This document shows positions 27,635 through 39,716 of a stretch of 64,000 bases of DNA, in pieces. Both the position numbers and the translations under genes were made by a program. The notes below the pieces were generated by a model. The model did not search any database. It was not told the DNA's origin and worked only from the letters and a program-made list of their open reading frames with translations. The stretch spans positions 16,244,001-16,308,000 of the forward strand of contig OZ024763.1 in assembly GCA_964016885.1 (NCBI GenBank), written 5' to 3'. How positions within the stretch are numbered: the stretch's first letter is position 1; each line of letters begins with the position of its first letter. The stretch is from Eledone cirrhosa. Its lineage: Eukaryota.

Positions 27635-29260
27635 CATCTTGAAAAAGGGATGGGCTCTGCCAGGTTTAAAAGGCTCAAGATACACTGTCTGTCCTTATAG
27701 CACCCTTACAACTCCATCAGGAGAGGGGAAGGCATCAGTCAGGTTTGAAACTGTCCAAGAAATGCCGTATGTCACTACGGTGCCTCTACAGCTCCTCATA
27801 CGTACATATCTGGAGAGAGGAGGTGCTCAGCCAGGTTTAAAAGTGTTCAAGAAACACTGTATGTCACTACGGTGCCTCTACAGCTCCTCATACGTACATA
27901 TCTGGAGAGAGGAGGTGCTCAGCCAGGTTTAAAAGTGTCCAATGTCACTACAGTGCCTCTACAACTCTATTAGGAGTTGCAGGTCCATACATAGTTATCT
28001 GACACTGACCTGGAGAGAATATGGGCTCTCCTAGGCTTAAAGATGTCCTATGGCTCCTCATATATATATATCCATCACTGATCTGGAGAGAGGATGGGTC
28101 TGCCAGGTTTAAAAGTGTCCAAGGACACTGTATGTCACTATGGTGCCCCTACAACTCTATCAGGAGTTGCAGGTCCATACATAGTTATCTGACACTGACC
28201 TGGAGAGAGGATGGCCTCTGTTAGGTTTTAAAGTGTCCAAGACATACTGTATATCACTACAGTGCTCCTACAACACAAGATGTTATGGGACCATACATAC
28301 ATGCTTTACACTGACCTGGAGAGAGGATGGGCTCTCCTAGGCTTAAAGATGTCCTATGGCTCCTCATATATATCCATCACTGATCTGGAGAGAGGATGGA
28401 CTCTGCCAGGTTTAAACTTCTCCAAGAAATGCTGTACACCCCTACGACTCTTTCCGGGGTTACAGGTCCATACATATATATCTGACACTGACCTGGAGAC
28501 AGGATGGGCTCTGCTAGGTTTAAAAGGCTCAAGACACAATGTATGTCATTATGGCACCCTTACAACTCCATCAGGAGAGAGGATGGACTCTGCCAGGTTT
28601 AAACTTCTCCAAGAAATGCTGTACACCCCTACGACTCTTTCCGGGGTTACAGGTCCATACATATATATCTGACACTGACCTGGAGAGAGGATGGGCTCTG
28701 CTAGGTTTAAAAGGCTCAAGACACAATGTATGTCATTATGGCACCCTTACAACTCCATCAGGAGAGAGGATGGACTCTGCCAGGTTTAAACTTCTCCAAG
28801 AAACATTGTACACCCCTATGACTCCATCAGGAGTTACAGCTCCATACATATATATCTGACACTGACCTGGAGAGAGGATGGGCTCTGCTAGGTTTAAAAG
28901 TGTCCAAGGACGCTCGCTGTATGTCACTATGATGGCTCTATACAGGTCCATACATTTTTATCTAACTCTGACCTGGAGATGTGATGGGCTTTGCCAGGTT
29001 TAAACTTATCTAAGAAGTGTTGTACACCCCTACGGCGGCATCAGGTGTTATGGGACCATATTAAACTGATATGGAGAGGGGATGGGCTCTCCTAGGCTTA
29101 AACTTGTCCAAGACACGTTGTACACCCTTACAACTCCATCTGGAGTTACAGATCCATACATATATCCATCACTGACCTGGAGAGAAAAATGGACTCTGCC
29201 AGGTTTTAAAGTGTCCAAGACATGCTGTATGTTACCATGGTGTCTCTACAACTCCTTATA
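27635..29260 (+). repeat. Degenerate tandem array built on CTGACCTGGAGAGAGGATGGGCTCTGCCAGGTTTAAA
   Basis: Motif recurs every ~70-110 bp; dispersed relatives at ~20135-20245 and ~26535-26600. Confidence 0.85.
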
Positions 29261-29335
29261 TACACATATATATATATATATAATCCAGGGCTGACATTGT
29301 ATATGTATACATGTGTGTATGTAATATATAAATAT

Positions 29336-29414
29336 ACGGAGTGTTCCAAAAAAATGTATACACACTTCAACAGCTCTCTAATCAAAGTGTGGATGCATTT
29401 TTTAGGACACCCTG
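29336..29414. mobile_element. Tiny Tc1/mariner-type MITE
   Basis: TA-CGGAGTGTTCCAAAAAAATGTATACACAC ... GTGTGGATGCATTTTTTAGGACACCCTG-TA; relative at ~44198-44293. Confidence 0.65.
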
Positions 29415-29484
29415 TATATACATGCACACACACACACATATATATATATGTACACATACACACACACGATGTCAACATGAATGG

Positions 29485-29682
29485 ACCTGTTGTTTTTATC
29501 TAAAGACTTTTTTCCAATTCCATCCCGCTCGTCCCCTCAATCTATTTTATTTCTCATTCTTTCTTCTGATGAACGACTAGCGTCCGAAACGTTAACACCC
29601 TCTTCCTGCTATATCAAGCGCTAACCTAATATATACCTTCCATATACTGTACCGATTGTGTTGTTATTTCTGTTAACCTTTT
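29485..29682 (+). mobile_element. Family P2 element with a minimal hammerhead at ~29562-29598
   Basis: TCTT-CTGATGA-ACGAC-TAGC-GTCC-GAAACGTTAACA; 3' part matches 12826-12960 in reverse. Confidence 0.65.
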
Positions 29683-29831
29683 ACATACATATATATATAT
29701 ATATACGCATATTTGTACACAGACACATACACACAAATATGAACACGCACACACATATATACAGTACTTATATATATATATATATATATATACACGTGTG
29801 TGTTCATATATGTATATGTACATATATATGC

Positions 29832-29862
<31 letters not shown>

Positions 29863-30424
29863 CACACACACACAGAGAGAGGGAGAACAAACATGTTCAG
29901 TGCGTGTTGATTTGCCATTTCTGTTTTAAAAGTGTTGTAAAAATTCGAGTCGGAAAGCAGCCTCACTGCGCAGCCGCTCTTCGTAGTTTCATAACGCACA
30001 AGAGTTCCGCTTTGAAAATCGCAATGGCAGGGAAAGGCACAACTTTCTGACGTGTGCCTCCGTTAACTAGCTTATTTACTATTTACTTTGGCTGTTATTT
30101 AACTACAAGACCCACTTCACAACACCGTGGACCCTCCTTTTAACTACCCGGAACAATCGAGACGGCCTTGCTATGCGCTGCAACACTTATTGGTACAGTC
30201 GTATTACTTGAGACTGCTGTTTTATGATATATATATATAAATATACATACATACACACATATATATATATATACACACACATACACATATATATATATAT
30301 ATATATACATATACACATATATATAGAGATACACACACACACATATATACATGTACACACATTTATATGCGTGTGTTGTATGTGTATATAATTGAATATA
30401 TCTTGTATATACACTTCGTCCTTA

Positions 30425-30460
<36 letters not shown>

Positions 30461-30891
30461 GAATGTATATATTCTTTCCTGTATGTTGTATATACAGCTC
30501 CCGTTTCTGTACTTATAAAAAAAAGGGGTAGGTTGACTTTATTATTAATAATTATATCGTCTGGAAGGAAAAGTAAAGACACAGAAAAACAAATAAGCAA
30601 AAAATATAATATAATAACGAACACACATACATAAACAACAACATCAACAAAAAAAAAAACACAATACAAACAACATATATAAAAAAAAGCAACATAATTT
30701 CCACTGGGGGTAGGTAAAGCTCTTCCTTTTGAATATTTGGTCGTCTAACGTGTGTGTGTTTGTGTGTGTCTCTGTGTGTTGTGAGTGCTTGCGTGTGTCC
30801 TTTTCACGTCTATATATATATATATATATATAAATATATAAATATATATATATATAGGGGAAAAAAATCAAAGCCCAAAACACCTCCCTAT

Positions 30892-30927
<36 letters not shown>

Positions 30928-31148
30928 GCCATGGCATATTCGCCGAACCGCGGTCAAAAGCGACCGCGATCAAATCCTTTCGTTGACTCTACCTCACCTG
31001 CTGTTGTTATTAATGTATTGACTCTGGGCATTTACCCCTATTTTTCTCACATCCATAATTATAAGACATTCACTACAATGCATCTGGGCTAAGAAGATTA
31101 TCACCATTTTATTATCATTTCTAAATTTTTTTTTTTTTTTTTTTTCAA

Positions 31149-31180
<32 letters not shown>

Positions 31181-31569
31181 ATGTATATATATATGTATAT
31201 ATATGTATATATAAATGTTTTTTCTACCTTGAAAAAAAAGGGGTCGGTTCTTATGCGACTCTTTCTTCCCCTTCTTTCTCTTCTTTTTCTTCTCTTTTCT
31301 TCTTCTTCTTCATCATCTTCATCATCATCATCGTCAACATTATTATCATCTCCACCCGCAATTGCTTCGGATTTTGCCCTCTCACCTTCCTCACCTCCAC
31401 TTTTCCGTTACACCTTCGCAAAACAACCGAATTACCTGGATATCTGGATTGAAACTTCATGCATGCATATAGAAAATGTAATGCGAAATTATACAAAAAG
31501 TCTACCTTAGTTGGTCAACACAAGAAGAAGCGAAAGAAAAAGAAAGAGGAGAAATAACACACGCATACA

Positions 31570-31609
<40 letters not shown>

Positions 31610-31789
31610 GCTAAACCCCTCAACCTAACAAACCCAACAAACTCGGACACACCACCATAATTGTGAAGCTGGGGGGGTATACACCACACCACACCACACC
31701 ACACCACAACAGCAGCAATAATAACTACCATAATAATAACAACAACAATAATACTAGTTAATAATATCAATAACAACATCTAGTAAAAC

Positions 31790-33586
31790 ATGGCCATGAT
31801 GGATGACTATGTTTTCTTAATCTCGCATATCCGGAACTCTTTTATTACCAGCGATAATACCGGAATGTATGAAATGATTATTGAAGGCGAGGAACAAGAG
31901 AAAGCGCAAGAAAAACGCCCCTTGTGGTGCAGTAGCGAGGTTGATAGCCGTAGCGGTGATAATAGTAGCTGTGGGGGTCGTGGGACCCCGTCGTCCGCGA
32001 CGACGACGACGACGACATCATCATCATCATCGACGACGACGGCGGCGACTACGACGACGTTCCCCAGCACCGCCAACACCAACACAGCATCGACGACGAC
32101 GACGTCGACGACGTCGACGACATCGTCGACATCACGGTACATCCACTCGAACCACCACCATCACCACCACCACCAACACCACCACCACGACGGTGTTGGC
32201 GTTGATAGTTGCCTGTTGGATCTAGACGACGGCGGGGATTTGTGTCGTTCCTATGACATAATGCCCGATATGGATTACGGAGCGCATCGACGGCGATCGA
32301 ACACCGCCCAACGGTTGGAAAGGATGAAGAAAGAGAAACGAAAGCAGGTGAAAGTGACACATATATCGTGGAGGACGACCCCAGGCCACTGCAATCCTGA
32401 TGACGATCATGATGCCGACGATAACATGTTTGAAAAGAAACAGATTCCTTTGCCTACGAAAACCAGTGTCAACAAACCAGCCTCTTCCCTGCTTGCTCAG
32501 CAACTACAGACCTCTACAGGTATCATGTCTAATCCTTTTTTAGATTATGCTAAATACGACGGTAAAGCTCAAATCGTGGTCCCCACCAAGAAAATAGACA
32601 TTTTTCTTACTATGGCCTTACCTAAAGATCGCAGTTTTCCTATGCATGTGGTTGTTGTTGTTAATGCTAAAGTCCATGAATTAATTGGTTTGATATGTTG
32701 GCAGTACACCAATGAAGGACGAGAGCCTGCTCTCAAGGACAATGCCTCCATGTACAGCCTGCATATCGCAGAAGACGACGGAGAAGTTGACATGGATTTT
32801 CCAAGTTTGGATAACCGGGAGCCCGTATCGAAATTCGGCTTCAGTAAGCTTGCCTTAGTGGAACTGGAAGAACCATCGCCTCCAATGAAGAATTCTGTTA
32901 TCATCACGGTCAACGTGCCGAACCGAGGTTTCCACAAGTTTCAAGAGGAGGATTTGGCCAAGCCCCTGCGAGATATCCTCACCAAAGTGTTGAAAAAGAG
33001 AAAGATCCAGACAATGCCCGGCATGAATTACATACTTGAGAAACAGAAAGAGCCGGGTGTGTCCGTGGATCTAGACACGCTCCTTTCCAATCTAGACAAT
33101 TTTGATTTCTGTCTTGTGCGCGAGCATAGCACTCGCGGCGAGATTGAGGAGAGCGATTTCCATGACTCCAACGATATGGCCACCACCTTCATGAGTCCTC
33201 AATACAAAAGCTACATTGTGAACTTGGTGCAGCGACTTCGAATAAACACCGAAGTCCACCTGGGGGTTAGCGGTGAAAAGGTTGAGATAGATCCCGTAGC
33301 CAGTAAAGGTACGGCGCTCTTCTTTCGTCAGAAGGCTGTGACTTATGAGGCAGACATGATTGCTGCCTGCGACCTACTCGAGGAAAAGTCAAACGGTAAG
33401 AGTATATTTCGTTTGATCTGCTTCACCGGTCACGACTATAGGCATTATGATTTTGAAGCAGACCATGCTGTAGCAAAAGAAATAATCCAAAAAGTGAATA
33501 ACATTTTAAATCTTCTACTTAGCCAGGTTAGGAAAACATATTTGGCTTCTCGAGGGAAGAAACTTAAAAAAATGCATTCCAAATAA
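31790..33586 (+). CDS. MAPKAP1: Target of rapamycin complex 2 subunit SIN1 (MAPKAP1), single-exon ORF, 598 aa
   Basis: N-terminus ISHIRNSFITSDNTGMYEM; RRRSNTAQRLE; CRIM domain LIGLICWQYTNEGREP...LHIAEDDGEVDMDFPSLDNREPVSKFGFSKLALVE; RBD-like segment; PH domain HLGVSGEKVEIDP...IAACDLLEEK; AAAACATGG start context. Confidence 0.97.
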   Translation: MAMMDDYVFLISHIRNSFITSDNTGMYEMIIEGEEQEKAQEKRPLWCSSEVDSRSGDNSSCGGRGTPSSATTTTTTSSSSSTTTAATTTTFPSTANTNTASTTTTSTTSTTSSTSRYIHSNHHHHHHHQHHHHDGVGVDSCLLDLDDGGDLCRSYDIMPDMDYGAHRRRSNTAQRLERMKKEKRKQVKVTHISWRTTPGHCNPDDDHDADDNMFEKKQIPLPTKTSVNKPASSLLAQQLQTSTGIMSNPFLDYAKYDGKAQIVVPTKKIDIFLTMALPKDRSFPMHVVVVVNAKVHELIGLICWQYTNEGREPALKDNASMYSLHIAEDDGEVDMDFPSLDNREPVSKFGFSKLALVELEEPSPPMKNSVIITVNVPNRGFHKFQEEDLAKPLRDILTKVLKKRKIQTMPGMNYILEKQKEPGVSVDLDTLLSNLDNFDFCLVREHSTRGEIEESDFHDSNDMATTFMSPQYKSYIVNLVQRLRINTEVHLGVSGEKVEIDPVASKGTALFFRQKAVTYEADMIAACDLLEEKSNGKSIFRLICFTGHDYRHYDFEADHAVAKEIIQKVNNILNLLLSQVRKTYLASRGKKLKKMHSK

Positions 33587-33929
33587 ATAATTAAAAAAAA
33601 AAAGAAAAAATGGAAAAAAAAAATAATAAAAAAAAATAGAGGCCCTTCCCTCCCTACCTCTCTCCTTCCATTCCTTCCCTGTACCCTCACAAAACATAAC
33701 AAAAAAAAAAAAAAACTCTCCCCCAACCCCTAATCTCCTCTCCTTCCTCTTTCCGAAAAACAAACAAAAGTATATAAAAATTGCAAAAAAAACCCCAGAA
33801 AATATGATGGAAATTCTTGAAACTCCTGTAAAAATACATTGGTTAAAAGGAAAAGGAAGACTGGACAGGCATAAGTTTGTGCAAGGGTAAAACCCATACA
33901 GAAATGGTATTTCTAATGTTATCAATACT

Positions 33930-34496
33930 GGTGTGTGTGTATATATATGTATATATGTGTGTGTATATATATATGTGTATATATGTGTAAATATATATAT
34001 ATCTGTATATATATATATGTATAAGTATTGATGAATGTATATGTGTATATATATGTGTAAATATGTGTAAATATATATATATGTATAAGTATTGATGAAT
34101 GTATATATATATATATATACACATGTATATGTATATGTGTGTATTTATATATGTGTATTAATGTATATATGTATATCTATGTAATGTATATATATAATGT
34201 GTATATATATATATATAATGTGTATATATATATATATATGTGTGTAATATGTAATATGTATAATATATATATGTAATATGTATAATATATATATAATGTA
34301 TATGTATATAATGTATATAGGTATATGTATATAATGTATGTATGTACATATATATAATGTACATAATATATATAATGTATATATATATATAGTGTATATA
34401 TACATACATACACATATATTTATATATACATATATATATAGATATATATACATATATATATAGATATTCACACTTATATACATATGTTTATACATC

Positions 34497-34535
<39 letters not shown>

Positions 34536-34960
34536 TTAATTGAATATACACATGTGCATACTTATGTATGTGTATGCATGCATATATATATATATACATA
34601 TACATATACACATATATACACATATATATATACATACATATATGTAAATATATATATACACACACATATACATACATATATGTACATATATGTACATATA
34701 TATGTACACATATTTACATCTACATATATATATTTATATATACACATATATATGTATATTTATATATACACATACATATATGTACACAAATATGTACACA
34801 TATTTACATATACATGTATATATTTATATATACACATATATGTATATTTATATATACACATACATATATTTACACATATATGTACATATAAATGTATACA
34901 TATATGTACATATACATGTATATATATATGTACACACACACATGTACATACATACACACA
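33930..34960. repeat. Degenerate (TA)/(TG)/(CA) microsatellite field
   Basis: Direct inspection. Confidence 0.95.
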
Positions 34961-35397
34961 GCTATTAAATAACAACTCTGTGTATTCTGAAAGCTTGTGC
35001 AATGCAGATGCATCTTGTGCAATGCAAAATGCATATTGTGTAATACAACTGCATCTTTTTAAGTTTGTTCAAATTGTAAATTATCTGAATTTTGAAAGAA
35101 GTTCGGCAATTCTATTTATGCTTATATTACCTTATTTTTTCTTTTTTTCTTTTTAAATTAATACACACTTTATACACACATGTATAATGTGTCTTTCTGT
35201 GTATATATATGTCTATATAATAATTTTATTTTATTTTATTTCTCTCCATAGCTCTAATTGTCCCCCCCCCCCTGCCATACAAGGAAAAAAATTGTTTTCT
35301 TGTCCCAGTTAAAATTCATACATGCAGTTGTGAAGATATATATATATATATATATATATATAATAATAATGGAGCTGCGGTGTTGCAAATGGGTTAC

Positions 35398-35731
35398 ATA
35401 TGAAAAAGTTTGTCCTTCATCAGTGGCCTTCCAACCGTCGTAGGCATTTCATCGCTTTAAAGGCTATATACCTCAGGTTGGTGCGAGCAACGGCTAAAAA
35501 AAAGTCGTTGGGACACGTAAATAAAGGGGACGCTAGGGTGAACAAACAAAATGGTTTAAGCAACAGTTGCTTAAACCATTTTGTTTGTTTACCCTAGCGT
35601 CCCCTTTATTTACGTGTCCCAACAACTTTTTTTAGCCGTTGCTCGCACCAACCTGAGGTATATGGCCTTTAAAGCGATGAAATGCCTACGACGGTTGGAA
35701 GGCCACTGATGAAGGACAAACTTTTTCATAT
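35398..35731. repeat. Near-perfect palindrome with ~167-bp arms and a 1-nt spacer (family P9)
   Basis: Centre AAGCAAC-A-GTTGCTT at 35565; about 3 mismatches seen between arms; flanked by (TA)n. Confidence 0.95.
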
Positions 35732-35827
35732 ATATAGGTAGGTTTGTAAAAAGCCATCTTCACCTATTGTAATGTCTAGGTTGTACTTGTTGATTTGTCT
35801 CACTGTGTATGTATATATATATATATA

Positions 35828-36032
35828 TAATGTATAATAAACAATACAATATAATTACCTCATTACCACAGGGTCCCCGAATAAGACGAATACAAGAAAC
35901 GTCCTCATTCGTTATGGTAATGAGGTAATTATATTGTATTGTTTATTATACATTAAATTTAGCTCTGGTACTTATATAGAGCACTCTTAACTCCTATGAC
36001 TTTTTCAATCTTCAACGGAAGCTTCAATACCT
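35828..36032 (+). mobile_element. Fold-back element in (TA)n (family P6)
   Basis: Arms ~35828-35868 and ~35914-35955; loop has GAAACGTC; tail with GCTCT..AGAGC hairpin. Confidence 0.65.
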
Positions 36033-36045
36033 CTATATATATATA

Positions 36046-36424
36046 TAGAATAAAAGAGAAAACACAGGTAAGCATTAAAAAAAGGATTTTATCCAGTTAT
36101 TTACGACTGTTTCATTGGTAAGTACAACCTTATATTGCTATACTGCAAATAGCAGCCACTCAATAATAATTGTTGTTCACCTCCACATTTTCAAAATAAT
36201 GCAATATAAGGTTGCACTTACCAATGAAACGGTCGTAAATACCCGGATAAAATCCTTTTTTTAATGCTTACCTGTGTTTTCTCTTTTATTCTTTATACTC
36301 CAAGATTGAACGTGATTCTTACAAACTTGTGGAGTTACCCCTAACCGTACGTTGAAACCGTCCATGAAACTGGCTTTCTTAACCACAAACTGGATTACAA
36401 TAAGCAATTTTCTGCTTCCCTAAC
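36046..36424 (+). mobile_element. Fold-back element in (TA)n (family P7)
   Basis: Arms ~36046-36138 and ~36201-36292 containing GAAACGGTC; unique tail running to (TA)n. Confidence 0.65.
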
Positions 36425-37559
36425 TATATATATATATATATATATATATGGTGGCTGCTAACTCGTTTTCGAGTATGGCCACTACTTTATATCCATGTAG
36501 GAGAACCCCTACCGATGCGCTGAACGAGTGTGACTTTTTAGTCCAGCCAATGACTTGAAAACTCTGGTACAAACACTACACTTGTGACAATTATTGACAC
36601 ATAGTGGTGGGCCCATGGTACCATGTGACGACAAGTGCAGAGAGATCTCCAGATATAAAGCAATGCCTGTGCCGTGAAGCTTTTATAGTGAGCAAAGGCA
36701 CTGCACAAAGCCAGTCCCACTCTCTTAACCAAGATGATATTTACCAAAAAGAAGAACAAGTCAACATCATTGGATACCATCAGAGTTGCAGGTGTTATAT
36801 CAGTTTTCCTTCTCCTAGAATTCTGCCTTGACAAAGGCTAAGGGGTCATCTCTCCCAGTGATTTTGGATGGCCATTGACTCTTAAGAGCTCCTTTGCCCT
36901 TTGACAGGTTTTGTTTTTAGTCCTGCAGGATGTCCAAAGTCACCCTCCTCACCGAGAAACCTTGGTGGGGTTGCCAGTTTAGTCGCCATCGACCCGACCA
37001 TGAGACAGGTTGTACTGAGATACATGTTACCAGTAGCACCAACTGGTGACCTGACAATATATATATACACACATACATACATACATACATAGAGAGAGAC
37101 AGACAAGTAAAGTACGAAGCCAAATTTTCGGCTTTTTGAAGCGCTGAGAATATATGTATGTAATGTATATAAGTATCAAGAAAATGCCCAAGTGCAGAAA
37201 TGCTATGACACAGGGTGAAGCCCCTTAAAAGACAGAAATGGAAGTTGCCATTGGCTGCTATGAGGAATATTTTCCAGATCTGGAAGATATGGGGTTCAAT
37301 TTTATAAGCTATCTTTATCGTATTTCTGCACTTAAGCACTTTCTTTATACTTATCATCATCATCACTGATTAACGTCCATTTTTCCACGCTAGCTATATA
37401 TATACACACACACAAATATATATACATATATAAATAAAAATATATGAAAAGACTTGGGACCCGTTTCGGATCTAGCTGTCGAAACGGCGGACATAAGCCG
37501 AAACTGCTTGACACCGTGGTTGGGATTTTACCTATCTCTCTCTCTCTTTCTATATATCA

Positions 37560-37902
37560 TTTCATTTCATTCATTTCATTTTATGTCCACTTTTCCCTGC
37601 TTGCAAGGGTGGGACGGAAACTGATTCTGGCTTGATTTCTACAGCTGGATGCCCTTCCTAACACCAACCTCATTTGCAGTGAGTGGTGGGTGCTTTTTTG
37701 CCGTGGCACCTCCACGACCACTTTGCAGTGGAATGATATGGACCCCAGTCCCTATCATCTCATTTTTACAGCTGAGTAAACTGGAGCAATGTGAAATAAA
37801 GTGTCTTGCTCAAGGAAGCAACACATCACCCGGTCTGAGAATTGAACTCACAACCTTTCGATTGCAAGGCCAATGCTCTAACCACTAAGCCATGTGCCTC
37901 CA
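37560..37902 (-). mobile_element. SINE family A
   Basis: Reverse complement of the family consensus. Confidence 0.9.
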
Positions 37903-38132
37903 TATATATATGTATATATGTGTGCATGTAAACGGTAGGGTAAAGACCCCCTTCTGTCATAGGATTTGCACCTAGAAAGTTACCCTCCAAGGCACAAGTC
38001 CGGGCAAGGTTGTTTGTGGGAGACCAACAGTCACCCATACATACCACTCTCCCACTCTCCACAACACCAATGTTGTCTAAGGGAAAGTTACTGACCGATA
38101 CAGCTCGACACCAGTGACATCACATATATATA

Positions 38133-38852
38133 TGGAGGCACATGGCTTAGTGGTTAGAGCATTAGGCTTGCAATCAAAAGGTTGTGAGTTCAATTCTCAG
38201 ACTGGGTGATGTGTTGTTTCCTTGAGCAAGACACTTTATTTCACATTGCTCCAGTTTACTCAGCTGTAGAAACGAGATGATAGGGACTGGGGTCCATATC
38301 ATTCCACTGCAAAGTGGTCGTGGGGGCGCCACGGCAAAAAAGACCCAGCCCACACTGTAAATGAGGTTGGTGTTAGGAAGGGCATCCCGCTGTAGAAATC
38401 AAGCCAGAATCAGTTTCCGTATGAGCAAGACAAGGTCAGCCGACCGAACACTGCCCACAACAGGACAACCCGTCTAACCCATGCTAGCGTGGGAGAACAG
38501 ACGTAAAACGATGATGATGATATATTTAGTGGTTAAAGCATTGGCCTTGCAATCGAATGGTTGTGAGTTCAATTCTCAGACCGGCTGATGTGTTGTTTCC
38601 TTGAGCAAGACACTTTATTTCACATTGCTCCAGTTTACTCAGCTGTAGAAATGAGATGATAGGGACTGGGGTCCATATCATTCCACTGCAAAGTGGTCGT
38701 GGAGGTGCCACGGCAACAAAGCACCCATCACTCACTGTAAATGAGGTTGGTGTTAGGAAGGGCATCCAGCTGTAGAACTCAAGCCAGAATCAGTTCCCGT
38801 CCCACCCTTGCAAGCAGGGAAAAGCGGACGTAAAATGAAATGATGATGATGA
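38133..38852 (+). mobile_element. Two tandem SINE family A copies (38133-38520 and 38526-38852)
   Basis: Two heads and two (GAT)n tails; the two copies have different 3' end variants. Confidence 0.9.
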
Positions 38853-39108
38853 TATACACACACACACACACACTCTAAACTTTATATATACACTATATAG
38901 GATTGTGTCCAAGGCAAAGGTAATGACCGATACAGCTTGGCACCAGTGATGTCACAAGCTCATTTCTACGGCTGAGTAAACTGGAGCGACGTAAAATAAA
39001 GTGTTTGGCTCAAGGACACATGGTCTGAGAATCAAACTCACAACTTCCTGATTGCAAGACCAATGTTCTAACCACTAAGCCATGCACCTATATATATATA
39101 TATATATA

Positions 39109-39287
39109 TTTGTTCATCCCGGGTTCAATCGGGGGTAACCACAGTAGGTAAGGTACTCAATACATAGCAGAGTATAAATATTTAATATAGAAATGGCTTC
39201 TACAGGACTAGAACTGTTTCATTCTGATGATTTCTCCCGAATGAAACAGTTCTAGTCCTGTAGAAGCCATATCTATATTAAATATAT
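39109..39287 (-). mobile_element. Fold-back element (family P4)
   Basis: Arms ~39179-39223 and ~39239-39285; tail homologous to 16800-16870. Confidence 0.7.
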
Positions 39288-39299
39288 ACATACACACAC

Positions 39300-39630
39300 G
39301 TTTGTGAAGAAAATATCCACAGCTGTGAACAAGTTAAAAGGAAAACAGCGCTCAGTTGGGAAGTGAATAGATATATTATATTATTTATTTATGTTCATAT
39401 ATGGAACAAAAGCACTAACTAAGGTTTCGAGGCCCCAAATTGAATATATCTTCATATTGTAAGCGGTATCAAACCTCTGACCTAACCTTCAGCCACTTAT
39501 ATGAGTTTAAGCACCTGAAGATTAGGTCACAATTTTGACCACCCTTATATATTGGAGGTATGGTAAATATTGGGCCTTGAAACCTTAAATAACGCTTTTG
39601 TTCCATGTATGAACATAAGGAAACAATTAT
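39300..39630 (-). mobile_element. Fold-back element (family P8)
   Basis: ATGTTCATATATGGAACAAAAGC..AAGGTTTCGAGGCCC is inverted at ~39571-39618. Confidence 0.55.
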
Positions 39631-39716
39631 ATATATGGGCGAAGCTAATTTCAAGGGCGGTGCCCCAGCATGGCCTCAGCCGGATGGCTGAAACAGGTAA
39701 AAGAGTAAAAGAGTAT

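Noticed and set aside
27635-29260. CRISPR-like motif with variable intervening sequence
   Set aside because: Eukaryotic context, no cas genes, and the intervening segments are themselves homologous: a degenerate satellite.
31807-32937. Overlapping antisense and alternate-frame ORFs within SIN1
   Set aside because: By-products of the GC-rich trinucleotide repeats and codon structure of the real CDS.
36450-37060. Possible LINE 5' region or exon between TA tracts
   Set aside because: No recognisable protein motif or second copy in the window.
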